64,000 bases of DNA from Candidatus Doudnabacteria bacterium. GTDB lineage: Bacteria > Patescibacteriota > Doudnabacteria > UBA920 > 2-01-FULL-46-14. Under the pieces are notes generated by a model that saw only the letters and a program-made list of their open reading frames with translations, was not told the origin of the DNA and ran no database searches. This document shows, one piece after another, positions 11,815 to 19,344 of this stretch (positions are counted from its first letter, which is position 1; each line of letters begins with the position of its first letter). The stretch lies in assembly GCA_041497195.1 (NCBI GenBank), contig JBGQGB010000003.1, forward strand, positions 20,260 to 84,259, written 5' to 3'. A program made the translations under genes and the position numbers.

Positions 11815-13364
11815 TTAGTAGGAAAGCGAATCGGCACATTCACGCTTGCGTCATTTTCCGGCTTTCCAGACGGGTTGTCTTTTTGCAGAATCAAAGTACC
11901 GGAGCCGCTCAGAGGAGGGGTAAAATCCAATTTTGCGGTAAATGGGACAAAATTGTCAGTCATCCAGTCGCCTTGGGCTGTCGCTATAGCATGAGCGAGC
12001 TCATGTCCTTGTTCATCCAGAAGCTTTATCGGAAAACTGCCTTCAAAAAACCAGCTGCCGCGCGCCTCCCCTGCCACAGTCAAGGGGCTTTGGACCACGT
12101 CCTGCGGCTGCGGTTGTTTGACGTGCACAAACTGTGCTGCCTCACCTTGATCATAGGTCACGCGGTAGATGACGCCGATCTTGTCGTCGGAAATATACAT
12201 GATCCCGCCCGGTTGGGTGATGATATCGACTGGCCGGCCCAGTGCACCGTCTTTGGTCAACCAGCCGGTAATAAAATCCTCAGTACCCAAATAATTTCCT
12301 TTCGCGTCGAGCTTGATGCGGATGATTTTGTAGCCGGTCGGCGTAGTTCGATTCCACGAGCCGTGATAAGCCACCAACAAATTGCCCTGGTACTCCTGCG
12401 GCCACCCCTGCTGGGGCACAAACGCTAGCCCCAAGGGGGCAGAGTGGGCTGGCAAATCTATATGCGACGGCTCTTTGCCATTGCACGGGTCCTGGATGTA
12501 AACGTTTTTGTCGAAATTGGTATCGTGGATGTTGTGGCCATAGCAAATCGGCCAGCCGTAATTACTCCCGACCTTCAAAATATTGATTTCATCCGGCGGC
12601 AAATCGTCTCCTAGATAATCCCGGCCCATCTCTGTCCCCCACATCCTTCCATCCGCCAGGCTCCAGGTAAAAAACACGGAGTTCCGAAGCCCTCCGGCGT
12701 ATTGCCGAAAATCACTGCCGTCTTTGTTCATGGAATAAATAGCCGCTCGCCGCGAATCCGCCTCATTGCAGACATTACAAGACGAGCCGGTCGAGACATA
12801 CAAGCGCCCGTCCGGCCCGAACGCGATAGTACGGGTGAAATGACCCGCGCCACTGGGCAGGGTATCAATCGTCTTTTGATCAGAAGCGAGGGCAGTGCTC
12901 TGGTCATAGGCAAAGCTCAAGATTTGGTCTGAATCAGCCACATACAGCCGGCACTGCTGCACTGCCGCATTCCCCTGGCAATCAAAGGCCAGCCCGTGCG
13001 GATTTTTCAACCCCTGCACCACAGTGATACTGCGGTCAGCCTGGTGATTGACATCCTCATCAGGGAGCGCAACCACTTTGCCCTCGGAAGTGAGGCTGAC
13101 CACCAGCCGCCCGCTCGGATCAAAGGTCATCACCCGCGCATCCGGCAGATTTTTGGCAAAGATGGAGATAGAAAAACCAGGCGGCAGGGTCAGCGGCAAC
13201 CCGGTGCTGTTGAAAACAAGACTGGCCAAACTCTGCGGCGGCGGGCTGATCACTGGCTTGACCCCGCGGACAAAGCTGACCAATTTCGGCAAATAAACAA
13301 TCGTGCCCCAAACCGCGGCCACCACCACAGCACTGCCAAACACTACGATAATGTATTTTTTCAT
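11811..13364 (-). CDS. secreted PQQ-dependent sugar dehydrogenase-like beta-propeller (SGDH family) with C-terminal Gmad2 Ig-like domain
   Basis: 517 aa. N-terminal signal/TM segment (MKKYIIVVFGSAVVVAAVWG). The body resembles soluble glucose/sorbosone dehydrogenase. The C-terminal ~100 aa (GEARGSWFFEGSFPIKLLDEQG...ATAQGDWMTDNFVPF) resembles the Gmad2 domain. Confidence 0.6.
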   Translation of the reverse strand: MKKYIIVVFGSAVVVAAVWGTIVYLPKLVSFVRGVKPVISPPPQSLASLVFNSTGLPLTLPPGFSISIFAKNLPDARVMTFDPSGRLVVSLTSEGKVVALPDEDVNHQADRSITVVQGLKNPHGLAFDCQGNAAVQQCRLYVADSDQILSFAYDQSTALASDQKTIDTLPSGAGHFTRTIAFGPDGRLYVSTGSSCNVCNEADSRRAAIYSMNKDGSDFRQYAGGLRNSVFFTWSLADGRMWGTEMGRDYLGDDLPPDEINILKVGSNYGWPICYGHNIHDTNFDKNVYIQDPCNGKEPSHIDLPAHSAPLGLAFVPQQGWPQEYQGNLLVAYHGSWNRTTPTGYKIIRIKLDAKGNYLGTEDFITGWLTKDGALGRPVDIITQPGGIMYISDDKIGVIYRVTYDQGEAAQFVHVKQPQPQDVVQSPLTVAGEARGSWFFEGSFPIKLLDEQGHELAHAIATAQGDWMTDNFVPFTAKLDFTPPLSGSGTLILQKDNPSGKPENDASVNVPIRFPTK

Positions 13365-13365
13365 G

Positions 13366-13413
13366 CTACTTACTTACAACTTATTTACTTACTCACTTAT
13401 TCACTTGATCAGC
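13366..13413. repeat. copy A of phased-octamer intergenic repeat (minus sense AAGTGAAT AAGTGAGT AAGTAAAT AAGTTGTA AGTAAGTAGC-ATG)
   Basis: 38-nt stretch 13372-13409 is identical to 14764-14801. Overlaps the stop codon of pgi and ends 2 nt before the ATG of the dehydrogenase gene. Confidence 0.8.
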
Positions 13414-14366
13414 TTTTTGAATTCCTCCACCATCGGCACCTGTTCGGTCTCAAGGCCGTAGCCTTGGCCAGTATGAAACGCGGCCCAGTCTGCCAAAATG
13501 AGAGAGGAAAAAGTCTTTTCCATTCTGCTTGCCCCCGACAGTTCAATAATATCCACTGGCAAACCGCGGTCGCGGTAGAATTTTACCGTGATGGCAAAGC
13601 GTTTCTGAATTTGTGGGTGATCGTCGGAGTCTTTCAAGAAAATAAAATGGAATTTCTCTGAAAGAGCGCGGCTGGAATCTTTGACATCAAAACCTACCAT
13701 CTCATTGTGGTTGAGTTCGGGAAAAATATTATAAAATGCCGGGATTTTCCCAGTCTCATTAAATTTTATTTTCCAGTTACAAGCAATCGGCAAGTTTCGG
13801 TCGGAAGAATATATTATTGGAACCATATTTTTGATTTTTGCGGCCAAGTCTTTGCCGGCCTGCTCCAAATCCCCTGGCTGCAAAAGTTTTGCCATTGTCG
13901 CCGATTCTTTCAGAAGGATATTTTGCTTCATGAGCTTAAGTAATGCCTGCATGCCGAAGCCGAGCGCGGAACGAGGCTGGATACCGGTATCGGGTAATCG
14001 TACGTAAGGAAAGTTGTTTGCCTGGGCAATTTCCAAAATTTTTCCGCCAACCGCGACGCAGGCAACCGCAATTCCTCTATTTTGCGCTTCTTCGAGTGCG
14101 GAAATAGTCTCTTCCGTATTTCCCGAATATGAACTGGCAATTAGCAGAGTCTTCTTTTGATCCTTCTCGGCAACAGGAGGCACCCCGTAATCAGAGTGGA
14201 TCGTAATATCCAATTGAGGATTTAGGCTTTTGATAATATCAGCGGCCAGGTGGGAACCGCCCATTCCTGCCACAATAAATTTTCGATATTTGCGCAAAGG
14301 ACCATTCTCGATTTGTGGCCGATATTTGAATTGTTTGGCAAAATCTCGGATTGCTTGATCCATCAT
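13401..14366 (-). CDS. bifunctional phosphoglucose/phosphomannose isomerase (archaeal-type SIS-domain PGI/PMI)
   Basis: 321 aa. SIS-domain motifs (GMGGSHLAADI, SYSGNTEETI), typical length for this family. Confidence 0.75.
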   Translation of the reverse strand: MMDQAIRDFAKQFKYRPQIENGPLRKYRKFIVAGMGGSHLAADIIKSLNPQLDITIHSDYGVPPVAEKDQKKTLLIASSYSGNTEETISALEEAQNRGIAVACVAVGGKILEIAQANNFPYVRLPDTGIQPRSALGFGMQALLKLMKQNILLKESATMAKLLQPGDLEQAGKDLAAKIKNMVPIIYSSDRNLPIACNWKIKFNETGKIPAFYNIFPELNHNEMVGFDVKDSSRALSEKFHFIFLKDSDDHPQIQKRFAITVKFYRDRGLPVDIIELSGASRMEKTFSSLILADWAAFHTGQGYGLETEQVPMVEEFKKLIK

Positions 14367-14404
14367 GGGGGTAGTTGTAAGTAATTAAGTAGTAAGTGGG
14401 TAAA

Positions 14405-14761
14405 TTATTTTTGAATCTTCATCCACCCGTGAATGAGCTTGCCAACCTCATCGGCCAAGCTGCTTAGTTCACCATACCTCTGTTCGTTGATATATTTCAA
14501 ATCTCGCGACAATAAAAGTTCATACTTCAACTCTTCCAAAGAACCTTCAGCGATGTTGTAAAAATGCAGCGAATCATTTTTGGTTTTTCTCTTAAACCCT
14601 TCGGCGATATTTGCAGGGATGGAAACGCTAGAGCGACGAATTTGACTAGTCAGACCGAAAATTTCGGATTTGGGAAAAGTTTCGGTGATTTCGTAAATGC
14701 CTAGAGTTAGTTCATGAGCTTTCTGCCAAGCGATTATCTCTCGAAAAGTTTTGATCAGCAT
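14405..14761 (-). CDS. four-helix-bundle protein (TIGR02436, '23S rRNA intervening-sequence protein' family)
   Basis: About 118 aa. Motifs ...IPANIAEGF...EGSLEEL... are diagnostic of this family. Likely start is the ATG at 14759-14761. Confidence 0.75.
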   Translation of the reverse strand: MLIKTFREIIAWQKAHELTLGIYEITETFPKSEIFGLTSQIRRSSVSIPANIAEGFKRKTKNDSLHFYNIAEGSLEELKYELLLSRDLKYINEQRYGELSSLADEVGKLIHGWMKIQK

Positions 14762-14762
14762 C

Positions 14763-14802
14763 AACTTACAACTTATTTACTTACTCACTTATTCACTTGA
14801 TG
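14763..14802. repeat. copy B of phased-octamer intergenic repeat
   Basis: 14764-14801 is identical to 13372-13409. Overlaps the transaldolase stop codon and abuts the start of the four-helix-bundle gene. Confidence 0.8.
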
Positions 14803-15641
14803 AGCGCATTCCAATCCTGGGAAAATTTTTCGATTCCCTTCTCGGTCAACTGGTGGATGAGGTCAAACTTGGTCCAATTTTCATTGAGATCCAAAGTTTC
14901 ATAGGGGATGGCTTTGAGGCCATCTGGCCCATATTTGAAACCCATTGTGGGAATTTCGAAACCGGCCTCGACCCATTCTTTGATGGTCTTGAGAGGGGCT
15001 GTGATGATGTCTGAGCCCAAAGCGAGAGCGTAGAGGAAATGATTGAGATTTCTGACACTGGCAGTGAGGACCGCGACATGCCCATCGCCCTGTTTGTACA
15101 TGGCTAATATATTCTTTACCGCATCCATCCCATTCTGCCCGATATCATCCAGCCGGCCAACAAAGGGCGACACATACACCTGGCCTTTTACGGCTCCTCT
15201 GGTGGCTGCATACACTGCCGCGGCCTGCGCTTGGGAAAAACACAAAGTCATATTGACCCTCATCCCTTCTTTGACTGCAACCTCGGCAGCCTTGAGGCCA
15301 GCAGTGGTAGTCGGAAATTTGATATGCGCATTGGGAATCCATTCGAAAAATTCCAAGCCCTGGCCGAGCATTGCTTCAGTCGTGGTTTTGTCGTCCGCGT
15401 AGACTTCTATGGAGACCGAGCCCTCGGGAATGAGAGCGGACACCTCTCCCACTACATTGCGGTAAAACTCAAACACCTCGGTCTGCGAAAACTTTTTGCC
15501 CTTAGTCTGGGGATTTTTCGCAATCAGCGACGGATTGGTAGTCTGGCCATCGAGAAAACCCAGAAGCTTGATAGCTTCTCTGGTCTCATCCGGATCGCCA
15601 CTATCCAGGAATATTCGTGTTTTTAAATTATTAGGTCGCAT
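14793..15641 (-). CDS. tal: transaldolase
   Basis: 282 aa. FLDSGDPDE...GQTTNPSLI motifs of the transaldolase / fructose-6-phosphate aldolase family. Confidence 0.85.
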   Translation of the reverse strand: MRPNNLKTRIFLDSGDPDETREAIKLLGFLDGQTTNPSLIAKNPQTKGKKFSQTEVFEFYRNVVGEVSALIPEGSVSIEVYADDKTTTEAMLGQGLEFFEWIPNAHIKFPTTTAGLKAAEVAVKEGMRVNMTLCFSQAQAAAVYAATRGAVKGQVYVSPFVGRLDDIGQNGMDAVKNILAMYKQGDGHVAVLTASVRNLNHFLYALALGSDIITAPLKTIKEWVEAGFEIPTMGFKYGPDGLKAIPYETLDLNENWTKFDLIHQLTEKGIEKFSQDWNALIK

Positions 15642-15675
15642 ATGGTCCTGTTAAAGAAGACACTCATTAAGAATA

Positions 15676-15704
15676 CCAAAAAATCGCCCCTTCGGCGATT
15701 TTTG
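15676..15704. terminator. rho-independent terminator downstream of the VRR-NUC/HNH operon (minus strand); bidirectional-looking
   Basis: Hairpin AATCGCC-CCTTC-GGCGATT with an A-run on the 5' side and a T-run on the 3' side. Confidence 0.5.
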
Positions 15705-15740
15705 TGTGGGTTTCGTCGTGAAGGATTCTACATAAACCAT

Positions 15741-16259
15741 TTAAGAAATATCCCATTCGACCAGCAAAAAATTGTCTGGACCCAATCCGACCTCCAAACA
15801 GGCTTCTAGCCAAATAAACTGGCTATCTCTAATACTATCCTTATTCTTCCGCTTGCACTCGACAAATAAAAAATTGTCCCCTTTCCAAAGGAATACATCC
15901 CAGCATCCTTTGAAATCAGTCCGAGCGGTGATTGTCTTAAAAAACTTTGCTGGTATTTCCGGAAGCTCGTGATTTTCCTTGGCCCCCTCTGGCATCTTAG
16001 TGCGGAAGCACTTGCGATAACTGTCTACCCACACACCATCCCATCCCTCTTTTTTTAGAGTATTGAGGACCACCAGCTCCGCAAAAAGCGGGCGACCGTC
16101 ATATTCTAAAATATGCTTGTTACCATAGCTGTCTTTTACAGCATCGCCTTTCCATAAAGAAAACAGGACTTCGGCCTTTGGAATTACAACAACCTTTCCT
16201 GAGGGCAAAACAAATGTTTCCGAGGTTTTTGGTTTCCCACTTGTTAGCGATAATACCAA
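15741..16259 (-). CDS. PD-(D/E)xK nuclease, VRR-NUC-like domain protein
   Basis: 172 aa. C-terminal GCWDVFLWKGDNFLFVECKRKN...QFIWLEA fits the VRR-NUC pattern (G.PD....fvE.K....Q..w). The N-terminal ~110 aa domain is of unknown function. Local GC is lower than the flanks. Confidence 0.55.
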   Translation of the reverse strand: MVLSLTSGKPKTSETFVLPSGKVVVIPKAEVLFSLWKGDAVKDSYGNKHILEYDGRPLFAELVVLNTLKKEGWDGVWVDSYRKCFRTKMPEGAKENHELPEIPAKFFKTITARTDFKGCWDVFLWKGDNFLFVECKRKNKDSIRDSQFIWLEACLEVGLGPDNFLLVEWDIS

Positions 16260-16636
16260 TTGGGTAAATTGCTCTTTCTCCGGCTTTTATTTTGTTCCAA
16301 CCTCGCCTGGTAAAGTTTCCTTATTTCTCGTCCCAAGGAAGTCCGGCGTTCGGATTCGCGCAAGGCGATAACTCCGAACTGGAAAAGTTTTCTTATCTTT
16401 CTGCCTTTAAGATTCCACTTTAAACGATTACATATCAAGCAGATTGGGAGAAAGTTTATTACTTTGTCTTTTCCTCCACGTGATACTGAAACTACATGGT
16501 CAACGTGCCATCGCCCTTTTTCAGCTCTAACGGCATCAAAGACGAGAACTCGCCCGCAAACATGGCATCTCCCGCCGGTTTTTGACCATACTTTCTGTTT
16601 TATTGGAACGGTAATTGTTTTTCTTCTTTTGGACAT
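16244..16636 (-). CDS. HNH endonuclease
   Basis: 130 aa. CHVCG...HVDHVVSVSRGG...N...CLICN motif arrangement of HNH (zinc-binding cysteine pairs plus H-N-(H/N)), with a basic C-terminal tail. Overlaps the downstream nuclease gene by 16 bp. Confidence 0.75.
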   Translation of the reverse strand: MSKRRKTITVPIKQKVWSKTGGRCHVCGRVLVFDAVRAEKGRWHVDHVVSVSRGGKDKVINFLPICLICNRLKWNLKGRKIRKLFQFGVIALRESERRTSLGREIRKLYQARLEQNKSRRKSNLPNWYYR

Positions 16637-16745
16637 CTTTGATAAAGAATCCTATTTTAGCCGACACATGCTTTAGTCAATATAGGATATGCCTTGGCGG
16701 GGTCCCTTGTGGAACGATGTTTGAACGGCTTTTTGTGTTAAAAAA

Positions 16746-17666
16746 TTATTTTGCTTCCTGGAAAACTTTATAAAAATGCTGATAGTTTTTGGCAATCTCC
16801 GCAGTTGCTTGCTCGTCAGTTGATTTACCATCTCGCAATGCTACCAACGGCTCCCAAAAAATCGTGCGGCCGATCGCAAACCCGACCAGGCCTTTCGCTT
16901 TGGCAGCTGCGCGCAGCCATACTTCCACTTGGGCGGCGTCTGCCCCGCGGCCGAGGATCACCGCGGAAACATTGTCCCGGCCACCGGTCCTGGCTTGCGC
17001 CACTACCTCTTCATAATGCTTCGTGCTCTCCAGCCCCTCAATCTTCCAGATGTCCGGCTCGACACTATCGGCCTGAAGCTCGGAAATCATTTTGACCATG
17101 AGTTGGGGGCGGACTTCCAAATCATATTTCTTCGCATCCCCTCCAGCTGCCTGGAGTTGTTCAGGTGTCGCTGGAATGAGCGGTTCGATCAAAAATTTGT
17201 AGCCATGCTCATGACAATAATTGCTGGGGATCTTCAGTCGCCCCCGTTGCCGAGCGTTCATGCCCTGATCTGCTTCGGGATTGTAGCGGATCAGGGCTTT
17301 GACAAAAGTCGGGTGGTAGCGCTCAATATGTACTGCAAACTCGTCCCCGTACTCAAAATCAAACTCATCCTGGCCGCTTTTTTCCGAAGACATGCAAAAA
17401 ATATAGCCCTCCTCACGAGCTTCCCGCAGAATGGCATCCCCAAACTGTTCATCAATGAGGATCGCCGCCTCGCCTTTGGGAATACTAGCAGCCACCGCTT
17501 GTTTGAAACCGGCAAAAATCACTTGCTTGAACTGCGAAATTTGTTCGGTCTGTGCAATAGTCGGCTGGCCGCTGATGCCAAACATTTTTTTCATGAACGA
17601 ACCGCGGTGATCAAAAGCGAGGATGAAAAGAGGCTTTGTGTAGCCAGGCTTGGAATATTCAATCAT
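16746..17666 (-). CDS. LacD/DhnA-like class I aldolase (tagatose/fructose-bisphosphate aldolase family)
   Basis: 306 aa. N-terminal LAFDHRGS motif resembles the LacD LAFDQRGA block. Sits in a glycolysis/pentose-phosphate gene context. Confidence 0.55.
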   Translation of the reverse strand: MIEYSKPGYTKPLFILAFDHRGSFMKKMFGISGQPTIAQTEQISQFKQVIFAGFKQAVAASIPKGEAAILIDEQFGDAILREAREEGYIFCMSSEKSGQDEFDFEYGDEFAVHIERYHPTFVKALIRYNPEADQGMNARQRGRLKIPSNYCHEHGYKFLIEPLIPATPEQLQAAGGDAKKYDLEVRPQLMVKMISELQADSVEPDIWKIEGLESTKHYEEVVAQARTGGRDNVSAVILGRGADAAQVEVWLRAAAKAKGLVGFAIGRTIFWEPLVALRDGKSTDEQATAEIAKNYQHFYKVFQEAK

Positions 17667-17687
17667 GGATTATCAATTATATATTTA

Positions 17688-17730
17688 CGCTTACAACTTA
17701 TTTACTTACTCACTTACTACTAATGACTAC
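17688..17730. repeat. copy C of phased-octamer intergenic repeat (26-nt core identical to copies A/B)
   Basis: 17691-17716 TTACAACTTATTTACTTACTCACTTA matches 13374-13399. Lies between the glpX stop and the aldolase start. Confidence 0.7.
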
Positions 17731-18704
17731 TTCTTACTGGTTTGATGATGATAGGTCGTAATGTAGCGCAGAGTCCCGGAACTGCCACGTAAGACCATCG
17801 AATGAGTAATGATATGTGCTTGCCCGCCCGAGACGGATCCTCCTCCGGAGGAAAATCTCACCCCTTGCAGGAGCGGCCCGTCGATCACACCTGTGGCAGT
17901 GAAAGTGAGCTGTTTGCCGTGAGCCAGATCCTCGGCCCGAAAAACTTTCTTGAGGTTTTTCGTACCACTCTGGCGGATCGCTTTCTCGTCGTCTTTGCTG
18001 CGCGGAGCAAATTGGCAGAGAATCTGCCCGCCCAGGAGTTTCACCGGCGCTGCAGCGAGGACTGCCTCAGTACTGCCGCCGATGCCCATCAAGAGATCAA
18101 TCCCGGAATCAGGCAAACAGGTGGCAATGGCAGCGGCCACGTCGCCGTCAGTGATGAGTCGCACCCGCGCTCCGGCCTGACGAATCTTCTGAATCAGGCC
18201 TTTGTGCCGCTCTCTGTCCAAAACCACCACTACTATATCTTTGACTGGCTTACCGAGCGCCCTAGCTACATTATATATATTAACCTTGACTGGCGCTTCC
18301 AGCTTGATCACTTTGGCAGCCCGCGGTCCGGCCGCGATTTTGTTCATATAGGTATCCGGGGCAGAGAGCAGGCTGCCGCGCGGCCCGGCCACTATCACTG
18401 ACAAAGCATTGTAGCGGCCATATGCCACACTATCAGTGGCCTCGAGCGGATCAACAGCCAGATCCATAGTGGGGCCGTTTCCTTTCCCGACTTTTTCGCC
18501 AGTATATAGCTCCGGCGCTTCATCTTTCGCTCCCTCGCCAATCACCACTCGGCCGGAAAACTCGATTTGGTTGAAGCGCGCCCGCATCTCATCCACTGCC
18601 GCCCCGTCGGCTTTGTGTTTGTCCCCGCGGCCAACCCATCTGGCGGCCGCGATTGCGGCCGCTTCGGTGACCCGGACAAATTCGAGAGCTAAATTGCGAT
18701 CCAT
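17727..18704 (-). CDS. glpX: class II fructose-1,6-bisphosphatase
   Basis: 325 aa with conserved GlpX blocks throughout. Confidence 0.88.
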   Translation of the reverse strand: MDRNLALEFVRVTEAAAIAAARWVGRGDKHKADGAAVDEMRARFNQIEFSGRVVIGEGAKDEAPELYTGEKVGKGNGPTMDLAVDPLEATDSVAYGRYNALSVIVAGPRGSLLSAPDTYMNKIAAGPRAAKVIKLEAPVKVNIYNVARALGKPVKDIVVVVLDRERHKGLIQKIRQAGARVRLITDGDVAAAIATCLPDSGIDLLMGIGGSTEAVLAAAPVKLLGGQILCQFAPRSKDDEKAIRQSGTKNLKKVFRAEDLAHGKQLTFTATGVIDGPLLQGVRFSSGGGSVSGGQAHIITHSMVLRGSSGTLRYITTYHHQTSKK

Positions 18705-18705
18705 A

Positions 18706-19344
18706 TCATTTGGTTGCCATGACTATCCATCTATCATATCTCAAAAATTTTTCTATAGCGACTTTTCTATACGATTTGAAAAGACTCGCTAATTCTGCCC
18801 GCTTGTATAATGAATGAATCAGCCCTGTTTCGGGACCGCTGGTAGCTACGGTCGCCCCGTCGCGCAAATATTTCCACACTTCATCTGCTGACTTCCAGTC
18901 TTTACGGCTGACATAAAATGGAAAAGAAATAAAAATCTTCCCGCCGCTAATAAGGCTCGCGTAAATTCTATTTAATAGAGACTTGATTTTAGATTTCTCG
19001 CCATGGTGAATCGTATTTACCGAGTAGATAAAATCATAACGATTTTTTGGAACTCGATAGTTAAACATATTGGCTACCTGCAAATCAGCATCTTTACCTA
19101 AAATTTTTCGGGATAACTTGAATGCTGCCTTGCTATAGTCAATGCCAGCAGTTTCAAACCCTCGTGATTGCAGCCATTTTAAGTATCTCCCGTCCCCGAA
19201 ACCGATATCAAGTGTGCTGCGAAATTTGAAATCTGAATGTAGCACGAAACTTTTAAACAGTCGCGAAACTGGTCTGCTTAAGGTCGCGTACGCGGGACCT
19301 CCTGTTGAGTAGCGAGCATAAATTTTTTCCCATTCTTTACTCAT
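18706..19344 (-). CDS. class I SAM-dependent methyltransferase
   Basis: 212 aa. LDIGFGDGRY motif I. Overlaps the tkt stop by 8 bp. Confidence 0.7.
   Translation of the reverse strand: MSKEWEKIYARYSTGGPAYATLSRPVSRLFKSFVLHSDFKFRSTLDIGFGDGRYLKWLQSRGFETAGIDYSKAAFKLSRKILGKDADLQVANMFNYRVPKNRYDFIYSVNTIHHGEKSKIKSLLNRIYASLISGGKIFISFPFYVSRKDWKSADEVWKYLRDGATVATSGPETGLIHSLYKRAELASLFKSYRKVAIEKFLRYDRWIVMATK

Noticed and set aside
13366-17730. Possibility that the repeated AAGT-octamer element is a CRISPR array
   Set aside because: Units are 8 bp and contiguous with no unique spacers. Copies are separated by whole genes. No cas genes in the window.
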